Source: an uncultured cyanobacterium (GTDB lineage: Bacteria; Cyanobacteriota; Cyanobacteriia; Cyanobacteriales; CAWUOF01). Taken from it: 64,000 nucleotides of DNA. The DNA lies in NCBI GenBank assembly GCA_963744145.1, contig CAVUSO010000001.1:5984001-6048000 (forward strand). The letters are read 5' to 3'. Of this stretch, positions 1-10,692 are shown piece after piece. Position numbers and translations under genes: made by a program. Position 1 is the stretch's first letter; the number at the start of each line of letters is the position of its first letter. The notes under the pieces were generated by a model. It searched no databases and was not told the origin of the DNA. It saw only the letters and a list, made by a program, of their open reading frames with translations.

Positions 1-360
1 GAATTCGGAATGTAATAAATTGCTGAAACCTTTATTCAAAATATCGCAAGTTCGGTAGAAAGGTAAATTGGGTTAGGGTGAATTTTTATGAACAGGACAA
101 CTTATATACTGGAGTTTAGACTAAGCAAAATTAGCCCTGTTGAACCCCACCACCCCAGATCACACAGCAATTTGCTGGCTTGGCAAGGTAAAAATGATCA
201 ACACCAACATTTAAGTGTACCTTAGCTATTTGGCATCTGAGGGCAATACTTATAATATATACTGAGTCGAACAAAAACATCTAAAAATTTCTTTGAGCAG
301 ACAGAAGAGCGATCGCCCAGACATCAATAGTATTCTTATCCTTAGACCCTATCAATATAT

Positions 361-2604
361 CCCACATTCCGCACCCTCACTGGCACATCTTAATAAAAGG
401 GTAAAAATTGGGGACGAAGAAAGTTGGCTCAAAAAGATCATAAATGAGATTAATGAGAATAAATTTTATTAAACTAGATTTATGAGCAGAAAGAGATCAT
501 GGGTTATTGAGAGATTAACCGTAGCAGAAGTCCGGAAAATGAAAGAGTAAAAAAATTAATTGCAATCGAGCCTAAAAATGCGATAATTGAACCAAAAATT
601 GGCTCGTTAAATTGGGTAACTATGGTAGACATAAACGATATTAAAATTCAGAATATCGACCATCTGGGGTTAGTAGCAGGAATAGTAGATACGATTGGAA
701 TAGTAGAAATAATTAATAATTTAATCGGGATAGAATCGGGAGAAAAAGTTACTGCTGGACAAGCAGTTAAAGCAATGATTATCAATGGGTTAGGATTTAT
801 TTCTAAACCATTATATATGTTTCCGAAATTTTTTGAATCAATTCCCTGTGAACATTTAATAGGAGCCGGGGTAAAGCCCGAATATTTAAATGACGATAAA
901 CTGGGAAGAGTGATGGATAAACTATATAGTAAAGGACTGGATACAATATTTTTAGCAATTACTTTAAATGCAGTTAAAAAGTTTGATATATCTTTAAATA
1001 CATCCCATCTAGACTCATCGTCAATTCACGTACATGGGGAATATCATCAAGAATTACCAGAGATAATATTTAGTCAGCCAGAATTGTCATACCAAGGAGA
1101 GCCCCAAATAAAATCGCGACAACCAATCAAAATAAATTACGGTTATTCCCGTGACCATAGACCTGATTTAAAACAATTTTTAATAGAATTAGTATGTACC
1201 GGGGATGGAGATATCCCAATATTTTTAAAAGCAGCGTCAGGAAATCAAGCCGACTCATCATGCTTTGCGAAGATAGCAATTGATTATAAAAATCAAATAA
1301 AAGTAGATAGTTTAATCGTAGCTGATTGTGCCTTATATACAGAAGATAATCTCAAATTAATGTCGGAAATTAAGTGGTTAAGCCGAGTACCGTTAAAGAT
1401 AAAATTAGCCCAAGAATTAGTAGCAAATTTGCCAGATTCAGAATTTACTAAAAGCAAATTAGTTGGATATTCATGGGCGGCAAAAGAGCAGACTTATGGT
1501 GGGATAAAGCAAAGATGGCTAGTTGTGGAAAGTCAAGAAAGAAGAGAATCAGATTTACGGAAATTATCACAGAAAATTAGTAAATCCGCCACCAAACTGA
1601 ACAGCGAATTAGGAAAATTATCCCAAGATAGATTTGCCTGTAAAGCTGATGCAGTCAAGGCATTAACTCACCTATCGAAATCCTTTAAATATCATCAAAT
1701 TGAACCAAAAGAAGTAAGGGAAATCAGACCAGATAAATTAGATAAAAGTCAAAAAAAGTGTTATCAAATTCTCGGCAGTTTTACCGAGGATAAAAGCCAA
1801 ATTGAACAAGAAACTAACAGTGCAGGTAGATTCATAATTGCGACGAACGTTTTAGCAGAAAGCGAAATTAGTAATGAGGCAATGCTGACTGAGTATAAGG
1901 CACAGCAATCCTGTGAAAGAGGATTTGGTTTTCTTAAAGATCCCACATTTTTTGCAGATAGTGTTTATCTGAAAAGTCCCGAACGCATCGAATCATTAGC
2001 AGCAATTATGGGGCTAGGTTTACTGGTTTATACCCTAGCACAAAGACAAATACGAGCCGCTTTATCAGCAGCAAAATCAACCATAAAAAATCAGTTAGGG
2101 AAAGCAACAGACCGTCCAACAGCTAAATGGATATTTCAATGCTTTCAAGCAATTCACCTGGTCACATTTCAACAACAACAACAAGTATCTAATTGGAGTA
2201 ATGAACGTGAATTTATCCTGACCCTGCTACCAGAAGATTGTCGGCGCTACTATAAATTTATCACTTAATCCTCTTGCTAATATAGCATAAATATATTTAG
2301 CTTGAATGAGTTCTTGAATTTAATTAAGAGCTAAGAATTAACCTATCTTAACTAGAGATTGTTCAGTTATTAACTAACAAAACTGAGTTAAGAGAGCTAG
2401 TCAACACCAAAATTTATTGAAAAAACGGGCCGAAATCCTCATTTTCTACTTATTGCTAATAATTATTAATAAACTAGAGATTGATGACCTGACCATCAAG
2501 GTTTAAAAACCTCTTTTTTGACGATAGTGGGCCAAAATTTCAGCTTTGATAGAGGTTTATTTCAGTAATTACGAATTGTGACAGTTCAGGGTGCGGAATG
2601 TGGG
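361..2604 (+). mobile_element. IS1634-family insertion sequence
   Basis: 17-bp perfect TIR CCCACATTCCGCACCCT (361..377 and 2588..2604); 6-bp target duplication ATATAT (355..360 and 2605..2610). Confidence 0.92.
622..2268 (+). CDS. IS1634-family DDE transposase
   Basis: 548 aa; DHLGLVAG N-terminus, HLDSSS, GYSRDHRPDLKQ, ERGFGFLKDP motifs. Confidence 0.93.
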   Translation: MVDINDIKIQNIDHLGLVAGIVDTIGIVEIINNLIGIESGEKVTAGQAVKAMIINGLGFISKPLYMFPKFFESIPCEHLIGAGVKPEYLNDDKLGRVMDKLYSKGLDTIFLAITLNAVKKFDISLNTSHLDSSSIHVHGEYHQELPEIIFSQPELSYQGEPQIKSRQPIKINYGYSRDHRPDLKQFLIELVCTGDGDIPIFLKAASGNQADSSCFAKIAIDYKNQIKVDSLIVADCALYTEDNLKLMSEIKWLSRVPLKIKLAQELVANLPDSEFTKSKLVGYSWAAKEQTYGGIKQRWLVVESQERRESDLRKLSQKISKSATKLNSELGKLSQDRFACKADAVKALTHLSKSFKYHQIEPKEVREIRPDKLDKSQKKCYQILGSFTEDKSQIEQETNSAGRFIIATNVLAESEISNEAMLTEYKAQQSCERGFGFLKDPTFFADSVYLKSPERIESLAAIMGLGLLVYTLAQRQIRAALSAAKSTIKNQLGKATDRPTAKWIFQCFQAIHLVTFQQQQQVSNWSNEREFILTLLPEDCRRYYKFIT

Positions 2605-2809
2605 ATATATGTATGTCAGCATGAATCGCAACCGAGAGAATTGGAAATGGTTTAGTCGAGTGGGAGTGGTTGGGTTTTAGGGGGTGATCGCAACGAAACT
2701 CAAAATGCGGTGATCGCTATCCTTTCCTATGCTACAATCCAGAAGAGAATTTCAAACAAAAGCGGTTTATATTAATTGTTGGGTGAATTCTGCACTCACT
2801 GTTTTTAGT

Positions 2810-3226
2810 ATGTCTGCCAAAGATATCTACCACAATGCCGTTAAAAATGCCTTAATTAAAGATGGTTGGAAAATTACGGCTGACCCCTACTTGATCAAAT
2901 ATGAGGATGCTGGGTTGTATGCGGATTTAGCAGCCGAAAAGCCGATTGCAGCCGAACGTCAGGGACAAAAGATAGTTGTTGAAATTAAGAGCTTTGTTGG
3001 ACGTTCGCTCATGCATGATTTTCATGCTGCCCTCGGTCAATACATTGTATACCGAAATCTTATTCAACTCACCGCGACCGAATACACGCTATATTTGGCA
3101 ATTGATGATGTTGTATACAAAGAGTTCTTTCAACGTAAGTCTGTACAAATAGTTACTCATCAGAATCAGCTTCTTTTAATAGTAGTTGAGATGGAAAAAG
3201 AGGAAATTAGGCAATGGATAAACTAG
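2810..3226 (+). CDS. xisH: XisH-family protein
   Basis: MSAKDIYHNAVKNALIKDGWKITADP and VEIKSF motifs; start moved to ATG 2810 to match the family N-terminus. Confidence 0.9.
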   Translation: MSAKDIYHNAVKNALIKDGWKITADPYLIKYEDAGLYADLAAEKPIAAERQGQKIVVEIKSFVGRSLMHDFHAALGQYIVYRNLIQLTATEYTLYLAIDDVVYKEFFQRKSVQIVTHQNQLLLIVVEMEKEEIRQWIN

Positions 3227-3567
3227 AATATTATCGCAGTACAATTAAAAAAATATTAACTCGATATTATGAAATGACGATCAAGGGATCGCTTACGTTA
3301 GATGAATTAGAGTCAGATAATCGCCTTGCATTTGACGAAGAACGAGATCAATATCTATGGTTTCACTCTGGCTGGGAAGGCAAACAACGGATACGCTATA
3401 TTACTATGTATCTTCGCATTAAAGATGGCAAAATCTGGGTTGAAGAAGATTGGACTGATTTGGGTGTAGTTGACGATTTATTAGCAGCAGAAATTCCTAA
3501 GAGTGATATTGTTTTAGGATTTCATCATCCTAGTAAACGACCTTTCACAGAATTTGCTACAGCTTGA
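3214..3567 (+). CDS. xisI: XisI-family protein
   Basis: MDKLEYYR, DGKIWVEEDWT, DIVLGFHHP motifs; overlaps the xisH 3' end. Confidence 0.9.
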   Translation: MDKLEYYRSTIKKILTRYYEMTIKGSLTLDELESDNRLAFDEERDQYLWFHSGWEGKQRIRYITMYLRIKDGKIWVEEDWTDLGVVDDLLAAEIPKSDIVLGFHHPSKRPFTEFATA

Positions 3568-3756
3568 TGAGAAACAAATATTTCAAAGCCCGATCAGATT
3601 CAATTGATTTTGATGGGAGGTGTTAATATGGGTCTAATTTTACCAGATTTGACCCTAAATTTCCGGTAGTGCCTGCAAGATAGTGCAGGTACGAAAAATC
3701 AATAGTTTCGTACTCTTCAACACCCAAACAAGGCTAGCCAGATCGACGATTTTCCC

Positions 3757-3782
3757 TAGGGGCGTATTGCAATACGCCCCTA
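3757..3782. repeat. REP-like 26-28 bp palindrome GTAGGGGCGTATTGCAATACGCCC(C/G)TAC
   Basis: Perfect palindrome; further copies at 7088..7115, 7765..7792, 9060..9085, degenerate copy at 21648..21675. Confidence 0.85.
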
Positions 3783-3845
3783 CCCTGGTTTTTCTCTCAG
3801 CACCTTGCTGGGCTAATTTTGCTTAGTCTAAACTCCAGTATATAC

Positions 3846-4005
3846 CAATCAGGTTCAGTTAAGAGAACTCTTGCAAAAATAACTAGGACAGTCAAGATGA
3901 CTGTCCCACAAGAGGTTTTTTCTAGTGGGACAGACATTTTGTCTGTCTCATAAATTGATTAAAATGGCGTCGAAGTAACATTTTTGTCTTAACTGAACCG
4001 AATTG
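3846..4005. mobile_element. Putative MITE (~160 bp)
   Basis: Imperfect TIR CAATCAGGTTCAGTTAAGA / TCTTAACTGAACCGAATTG (17 of 19 match); internal GGACAG..CTGTCC hairpins; related TTAACTGAA(C/T) ends near 18975, 45910, 58910 and 59157. Confidence 0.6.
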
Positions 4006-4046
4006 AATTATAAGTAGGTAGCTCTAGTAATAAGCGAGAATATTGA

Positions 4047-4787
4047 TTATTTTTTACCTTGGTAAATCGGTCTATCGGCTACTTTAATCAAAAGTTTTTG
4101 CAATGGCTGGTTATTATTTAAGATGATAATAATAGTAGATTTTGGGCAATCTAATTCAGCAAATAAACGCTTAAGTAATTTGTTTTCTTGCTCTTTTTTA
4201 TCAGTCTCCCAAAAACTAATACGACGGATCACACCTAAAACATACAAAGGTTTTTCTGGGAAATATTTGACTTTTTTTTGGACTAAAAATACTTCTTGTA
4301 TTTCGGGATAATGAAGAAATTGTTCCTGTAAATAGGTTACTTCTTTTGCCGCAAGTTCATGATGTTTAAACTGATCATTTACACTAATAGTAGAACGTTC
4401 TTCCTGAGCTTTAGCCAAGCATTTGTAATGTTCTTCGGCCCGCTGAATATACCGATTAGCTTGGCTCTCATTGTGCTGTTGTTTAAAAAAATTGTAAATT
4501 AACTCACATCCACTTAAAAATACATCTGAATCTTTTTTCATCGCAACTTCTAAATATGGAATACCTGTAATATCTTTTTGTGCTATGAGAATTGATCCGA
4601 GTAGATAATTAGCGTATACATGATCTCCTTGTGTTTTTAAAACCGACTCTAACAAAGGAATAGCTTCGCGATCGCCGATCACTTCTGCGGTTAAACGAGC
4701 CTGATCCCAAGCTTCTTTAAGAGAAAGTGATTGATTTAAAGCTTTTTGCTCCAAAGCTTGCAACGATAATCGAGAATTCTGAATATA
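4047..4787 (-). pseudogene. M48-family metallopeptidase, C-terminal fragment (cut by the IS5-type element)
   Basis: Joins in frame to the middle fragment (WKERYN|YIQNSRLSLQALEQK) once 4788..5941 is removed. Confidence 0.85.
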
Positions 4788-4789
4788 AT

Positions 4790-5940
4790 AGACATCTCCT
4801 AAAACTTATAAGCTAGTTATGGTAAGCATTTTAGCGTTTTTCCTGTTTAAATTTATCATCGCTGAAACGTATATTTTTCGTAGTTTTACTTCATTGATCC
4901 AATTTCAGGTTAAAACTATGACTCACTATGATCTCGATTTCTTTATCTATTTCTGACGGATTAACTACTTTAATAAGTAAAGCATTTATTCTTAATCTTA
5001 CTAACCCGCAAATCGTTAAAAATATTGATTTATATTTGATTTTACTTAATCTAAATCTCTCTTGCATTATCCTAAATATTTTGATAATTCTAATTAAATG
5101 TTCGACAAATATTCTCTCTGATGAGATCTCTTTATTTGTTTCTTTTTGTGATTGAGTTAATTCACCCCCTTTCGGTTTTTTGGCTGGTGTTTTAATTTGT
5201 TCTTCTCCTATGTAAGCTTTATCTCCACTAAATTTTTGGGTTTTTGAAAATTTACTTAAAGTTTCTCTACATATTTTTATGTCACTTGTAGGTCCTGGTT
5301 CTCCTGCTACTACATCGACAATATCTTTAGCTTTTGGTAGACTGATCACTTGGTTTTTAAAAGTATGATTTTTCTTTTTACCTGAGTAATATTTTTTCTG
5401 CTCCTCATAAGACAAAGCCCTTTCTATTGGCTGTTCTTCGCTGTCTACTATTAGTTCATAATCAGTAAGTTTTTCCAGGATTTCTGATGAATTTTCCTCA
5501 AACTTTTTTACTTGTTCTAATAGAGAACATGGCAAAGCTTCTCTTAATATTTGTTGCCAATAGTGAAAAATCTTATGAGCAGTTGATTCACTTACTTGAA
5601 ACATCAATCCTAATAATTGAAAATTTAGATGATGTCTAAGATAGACTAAGGTTAAAATGATTTGCTCTTTTTTTTCTAGTTTTGATTCTCTCCCTCCTCC
5701 TGATTTAATTATTCTTACTTTCTGTTCTTCTTGTTCTTGTTCTTTTTGGTCATGCAAAATTAAAGCATATTCTATCAACTGTTCTAATTGGTTATAATTA
5801 ATTCCCAATAATCGTTTAGTTTCCTTCTGGTTTTTTTGGATGTATTCCCAAGTATAATTACTCATTTTAGTAATTACTCCATTAATGTTCTAGATCATTA
5901 TACCATATTTTTGGTTTTTCATTATATTATGGAGATGTCT
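4790..5940 (-). mobile_element. IS5-family (DDE_Tnp_4 type) insertion sequence, 1151 bp
   Basis: TIR AGACATCTCC / GGAGATGTCT; AAT duplicated at 4787..4789 and 5941..5943; removal restores the host reading frame. Confidence 0.85.
4891..5865 (-). CDS. IS5-like DDE transposase
   Basis: 324 aa; N-terminal HTH (LVYLRHHLNFQLLGLMF), IVDSEEQPIERA, YSGKKK, GDKAYIG, RIFVEHLI motifs. Confidence 0.88.
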   Translation of the reverse strand: MSNYTWEYIQKNQKETKRLLGINYNQLEQLIEYALILHDQKEQEQEEQKVRIIKSGGGRESKLEKKEQIILTLVYLRHHLNFQLLGLMFQVSESTAHKIFHYWQQILREALPCSLLEQVKKFEENSSEILEKLTDYELIVDSEEQPIERALSYEEQKKYYSGKKKNHTFKNQVISLPKAKDIVDVVAGEPGPTSDIKICRETLSKFSKTQKFSGDKAYIGEEQIKTPAKKPKGGELTQSQKETNKEISSERIFVEHLIRIIKIFRIMQERFRLSKIKYKSIFLTICGLVRLRINALLIKVVNPSEIDKEIEIIVSHSFNLKLDQ

Positions 5941-5941
5941 A

Positions 5942-7017
5942 ATTATATCGTTCTTTCCACTGATAATTAACTGCGGTTTGCCAATCTTTACTTAATTGGG
6001 TAGTGATGTTTGCTAATTCTTTACCTAAAAACTTTTGAGCAGCAGTAATTTTTAGAGTTGTAGTATTAGCAGTAATGCGATCGCAACCCAAAGCCTTTAA
6101 TCGATCTGCTAAACAAGGGTGTGTATCAGCATTGCTAGTTTTTATAGCTAAGGCATCATCTAACCATTTTTGCATAATTTCTGGTTCTATCTCTGTTTTT
6201 AGTACCTGCTCTAATGTGCTGAAAATATTAGCTGGAGGATCGGGCAAATTATCTGCTTGTTTATAAATTTTATTCCAAAAATTTTGATCTAAAAACTGAG
6301 TTTTAACCCGGGAACTGACTAGGGCTCTTGCGGTTTCTTGATTTCCTACTAATTCAGCAGCACAACGATCGGCTTCATATTCATTAGCGCGGGCTAAAAC
6401 GAAAGTATAAGCATTAAAAAAAGGTGTATACCAATTAAAAAATCTATTAAATAAAATACCAGCTCCCGCATAATCGCTTTGATTAAGCCTGACTAAAATC
6501 TGCTCCCAAGTTTTTCGGACTCGATAAATCCAACCTGCAAAACGACCGTGATTTCCTGATAAATGTCCTAATTCATGGCAAAGAACAGCCTGAAATTCCA
6601 TGGGAGAAAGAGCTTGCAATAAAGGAAGTCCAAGCAGCAAATAGTTTTGTTGCCACCCTAACAAACCCAGACGGGGAACTTGCATAACTCCTGCATTAAA
6701 TTCAGTATTTAAAATAACCCGGTGAAATGGAGGAGATTGAAGGGTTTTTCGGATTTTATCTAAAAGAGAAAATAACTGAGGTGTTTGTTGTCGAGTTAAT
6801 TCTAATCCATGAGGAATCGGAATCCTGATCGAGAGCGCTTGCAAAATCACCAAAGCTGGTGCTAGTAATAAAATAGCTAACTTAATCATCCCAATATATA
6901 ACCGATGGTGATGAATAAGATCAAAAATAATAGCTAGAGACACCACTATTCCAAGTGCTAACAATAGGATTAATATTAAAAAAATATAACCATAGCCAAG
7001 AATTGCTAATAATCTCA
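5942..7017 (-). pseudogene. M48-family metallopeptidase, central fragment with the HExxH motif
   Basis: HELGH zinc motif, EYEADR, THP motif, N-terminal transmembrane helices; truncated at both ends by IS elements. Confidence 0.88.
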
Positions 7018-7078
7018 CCGAAAAACGTACAGGTCAGCCCCTGGCTTTAGACATGGGGAGGAAATGGACCAGGCGATT

Positions 7079-7516
7079 TTAATCGCCGTAGGGGCGTATT
7101 GCAATACGCCCGTACCCTGGTTTCCATTTCTGATTTTCAATATATTTCTTAACCACATCTAATGGCGCACCGCCAACGGTGACCACAAAATAAGAATTAG
7201 TCCATAAGGTAGGTAGTCTACTTTTGAGCCAAGGAAATTCTTGTCTCAAATAGCGAGATGATCGACCTTTCATGATTTTAACAACTTGCTGGACACCAAA
7301 TTGAGGATCAATGCTAATCAATAAATGAACATGATCTGGCATGACTTCAAGCTCAATGATTTCGCATTTCTTTTCTTGAGCTACTTCCTGAATAATTTCT
7401 TTCAGTCTAGTATCAACACCGTTGACTAACACTTTGCGTCGATATTTGGGACACCAAACAATGTGATATTGACAAACATATAAGATATTGTTATTTGATT
7501 TAAAGTGATTTGCCAT
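7079..7516 (-). CDS. tnpA: IS200/IS605 Y1 (HUH) transposase TnpA
   Basis: YHIVWCPKYRR, DHVHLL (HUH), LWTNSYF, KYIENQ; start moved to ATG 7516. Confidence 0.92.
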   Translation of the reverse strand: MANHFKSNNNILYVCQYHIVWCPKYRRKVLVNGVDTRLKEIIQEVAQEKKCEIIELEVMPDHVHLLISIDPQFGVQQVVKIMKGRSSRYLRQEFPWLKSRLPTLWTNSYFVVTVGGAPLDVVKKYIENQKWKPGYGRIAIRPYGD

Positions 7517-7571
7517 TGCTAGTATGTACTTGCCTACTGTATAATAGTGACATTGTTTAACTAATAAGTCA

Positions 7572-9024
7572 ATGCCTCGCCAATCTAGACCTACTAAGAC
7601 CCCATCATTTATTGTTGAGATACCTTTGGTAGTATCCGACAAAGATGCTGGGATTTTAAATTCTAGATTTGAAGCGGGTCGGCAACTTTATAACGCCTGC
7701 TTGGGGGAGGCAATGCGGCGACTAAAGCTGGTTAAACAATCTAAGAAATATCAAGAAGCCAGAAGTACGGGCGTATTGCAATACGCCCCTACCAAGGGCA
7801 AAGCCAGAACAGCAGCATTTAAAGAAGCAAATCAGACATATAAATATAGCGAATATGATTTGCATTCTTATTGTACGACTGTTCGTAATTCTTGGTTGAG
7901 CGAACATATTGACGCAAACACCGCGCAAAAATTAGCGACCCGTGCCTTCAATGCTTCTAGTCGTGTAGCTTTCGGTCCAAGCCAAGAAAGTTAGGTTTAA
8001 AGGTAAAAATCAACTTGATTCCTTAGAAGGCAAGACAAATAAGACGGGGATTAGATGGGTAAAAGAAACTTTGGTTTGGGGAAATATCCAACTCAAACCA
8101 TACTTAACCACTTACGACCCAGTAATAACTCATGGCTTAAACAGTCGAGTTAAATACGTTAGATTGGTGCGTCGTCGGGTTAATGGTAAAACCTTTTACT
8201 ACTCTCAATTAGTTTGTGAAGGTAAATCATTTCAAAAGCCTAAGAACAAAATTGGTAATGGTTCTGTTGGTTTAGATATAGGACCCTCTACCATTGCTAT
8301 TGTGGGAGATGATTCAGCCAAATTAACCTTGTTCGCATCAGAATTGCAGTCGAAGGATAAAGAAATTCGCCGATTACAAAGAAAGATGGAAAGGTCTAGA
8401 AGGGTGAATAATCCCCACAACTACAACCCGGATTTTTTTGATAAAAAAGGACAACAGAAAAAAGGAACTGTCAAAAAAGGATGTAGACGGTGGAATAATT
8501 CTAAAACCTATCTTCAAACCAGAACATCTAAGGGGAATCTAGAACGAGAATTAGCGGCTCATCGAAAGTCGTTACATGGAAAATTAGTTAATGAAATTCT
8601 CCGTCAAGGTAATACTGTTAAATTAGAAAAACTTTCCTACAAAGCTTTTCAGAAATTATTCGGCAAGTCGGTAGGAAAACGCGCACCAGGGGAATTTGTA
8701 TCGCATCTAAAGCGCAGGGCTGAAAGTGCTGGTGCTAAGGTGATTGAATTCTCAACTTTTTCAACTAAACTGTCGCAAACTTGTCCGTGCAACGTCAAGA
8801 AAAAAAAGCTTTCCGACAGAATCCATCAATGTGATTGTGGAATCCTTTGTCAGAGAGATTTATATTCAGCGTTTCTTGCCAAATTTGTTGATAATGAACT
8901 GCTCCAAGTAGACCTAGCTCAATTAGCTTGGTCAGGTTCGGAACCGATCCTGTTTGCGGCTTGGGAACAGGACACTAAAAAAGAAACTAACTTGCGAGTA
9001 GAAGGACGAGTTCCTTCTTCATGA
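7572..9024 (+). pseudogene. tnpB: RNA-guided endonuclease TnpB, frameshifted by one extra C at ~7977
   Basis: RuvC motifs GLDIG, VKLEKL, QRDLYSA and CPC..CDC zinc ribbon; deleting one C from GGTCCAA gives continuous FGQAKKVRFKGKNQ. Confidence 0.88.
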
Positions 9025-9178
9025 AAGGAAATTCCCAGAGTCAGAGCGAGTCGCAGCGAAGGGGCGTATTGCAATACGCCCGTACCAAAATTCTGATGCT
9101 AAGGTCTTGGATGTTGTACCAAATTGGGAGAGCCAAGAAGAGGCATTATTGCATTTTGAACCCCCGTCCCTTTAGGGC

Positions 9179-10668
9179 CTACGGTGTACACACAAGTTGA
9201 GATAGAGTAAGGAGAGAAGGGAAGTAAGGAGAAAAAAGTAGTGGAAAATCCAATTTTAATTCATGTGCAACAATGTGAGAGAACAGCATTCGGAGATCCA
9301 AGACTGGGAAAAAGAGGGGCTTCATTGTATGCAGCAATGGCACAACATCAATCAGTAAATATTCGGAAAATCAGTAAAAATCGAGCCGAGCAAGTTGGAT
9401 ATTACCGATTTTTAGGGAATGAGAATGTAAAAACTGGAGAATTAGTCGTAAGTTTAGGAGAGCATTGCGCCTTACAGGTAGATGGAAAACACCACGTCTT
9501 AGCGATAAGTGATAGTAGTGAAATTAACTTAGAGTCTCACAAAGGGAGATTGAAATCCGAGGGAATTGGAGTAGTAGGAAACAATCAAGATATCGGATTT
9601 TATATTCATCCCACACTGGTATTAGATGCAGAAAATGGATTCCCACTTGGATTAAGTACAGTGCAATTGTGGACAAGAGAACCTGACCATCAGGATCAGC
9701 ATGAAAGAAAATATAAAAACTTACCGATTGAAGAAAAAGAATCCTATAAATGGCTCAAGTCAGCCGCTCAAACCCGCACCTGTTTCAGCTGGTCTAATGT
9801 GAAAATGGTGACTCATATAGGCGATCGGGAAAGCGATATATTTGAAGAATTTGTCAGAGTACCTAATCAACAGCATCATCTCTTAATTAGAGTCGGACAG
9901 AACCGTCGGCTCAAAGAGCAGTCTGAGTCTCTGTATACCTATTTAAGTCAGCAACATTGTGAAGGAACTTATGCCATTGAAGTCCAGGCTGACTCACGGG
10001 TTGGACGAACAGCGAGAGAAGCATTCATGTTAGTACGTTGTGCCCTCGTTCAAATTCAGCGTCCTGAGCATTTATCTGCCGCAGATTATCCAGAAAGTGT
10101 CAATCTTTACGCAGTGGAAGCTGTAGAAGTCAATCCACCAAAAGGTCAACAACCGATTCACTGGCGATTACTCACTACACATAGAGTAGTTTGTATTGAA
10201 CAAGCATTACAAGTAATTGAATGGTACAAATGGCGCTGGCGGATTGAACAACTGTTTGCTACCCTCAAATCCGTTGGCTTAGATCTCGAAGCAACTCAAT
10301 TAGAGTCAATTAAATCTATTCAAAAATTGTGTGTTTTAGCTTTATCGGTAGCTGTCAGAATTTTGCAGTTAATTGTCGGGCGTGACCAGCCTGAATTACC
10401 TGCAACCTACGCATTCAATGATGAACAACAGCAATGTTTATCCCAGATTGCTCCCACTGTTTCCGGACCAACTTTAGCACAACAAAATCCTTATCCACCT
10501 CATTCTTTACCTTGGGCAACTTGGATTATTGCTCGACTGGGTGGTTGGTCTGGCTATCGGTCTCAAAAACCGCCAGGAATTACTACTTTAGTGCGCGGAC
10601 TAAGCCAATTTCAATCCTTTTTTGATGGCTGGAAACTCGCTCTAGGTATGGTTGTGTGTACACCGTAG
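9179..10668 (+). mobile_element. IS4-family (IS50/Tn5-like) insertion sequence
   Basis: 17-bp perfect TIR CTACGGTGTACACACAA (9179..9195 and 10652..10668); 11-bp target duplication CCCTTTAGGGC (9168..9178 and 10669..10679). Confidence 0.93.
9241..10668 (+). CDS. IS4-family transposase
   Basis: FGDPRL, GDRESDIFE, WRLLT, YKWRWRIEQLFATLK (YREK signature), IARLGGW. Confidence 0.93.
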   Translation: MENPILIHVQQCERTAFGDPRLGKRGASLYAAMAQHQSVNIRKISKNRAEQVGYYRFLGNENVKTGELVVSLGEHCALQVDGKHHVLAISDSSEINLESHKGRLKSEGIGVVGNNQDIGFYIHPTLVLDAENGFPLGLSTVQLWTREPDHQDQHERKYKNLPIEEKESYKWLKSAAQTRTCFSWSNVKMVTHIGDRESDIFEEFVRVPNQQHHLLIRVGQNRRLKEQSESLYTYLSQQHCEGTYAIEVQADSRVGRTAREAFMLVRCALVQIQRPEHLSAADYPESVNLYAVEAVEVNPPKGQQPIHWRLLTTHRVVCIEQALQVIEWYKWRWRIEQLFATLKSVGLDLEATQLESIKSIQKLCVLALSVAVRILQLIVGRDQPELPATYAFNDEQQQCLSQIAPTVSGPTLAQQNPYPPHSLPWATWIIARLGGWSGYRSQKPPGITTLVRGLSQFQSFFDGWKLALGMVVCTP

Positions 10669-10692
10669 CCCTTTAGGGCTGGGGTGGCTTCA

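Larger units (their letters stand above)
103..3844. mobile_element. Putative non-autonomous element bounded by a perfect 35-bp inverted repeat, carrying xisH-xisI and a nested IS1634
   Basis: 103..137 TATATACTGGAGTTTAGACTAAGCAAAATTAGCCC is the exact reverse complement of 3810..3844; TA-rich outer ends resemble IS630/Tc1-mariner termini. Confidence 0.55.
7018..10692 (+). mobile_element. IS200/IS605-family element (divergent tnpA and tnpB) with a nested IS4
   Basis: Left-end hairpin CCCCTGGCTTTAGACATGGGG (7038..7058); right-end hairpin CCCCGTCCCTTTAGGGCTGGGG reconstituted across the IS4, ending GGCTTCA; removal restores the M48 frame (KLYL|RLLAILG); boundaries ambiguous by up to 3 nt (TCA). 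Confidence 0.88.

Noticed and set aside
2810..3567. fdxN-type heterocyst excision element
   Set aside because: No xisF-like recombinase or interrupted nif/fdxN gene is visible
7517..7642. tnpA N-terminal extension overlapping tnpB
   Set aside because: The family N-terminus begins at MANHFKSNNN; the extension is antisense tnpB plus spacer
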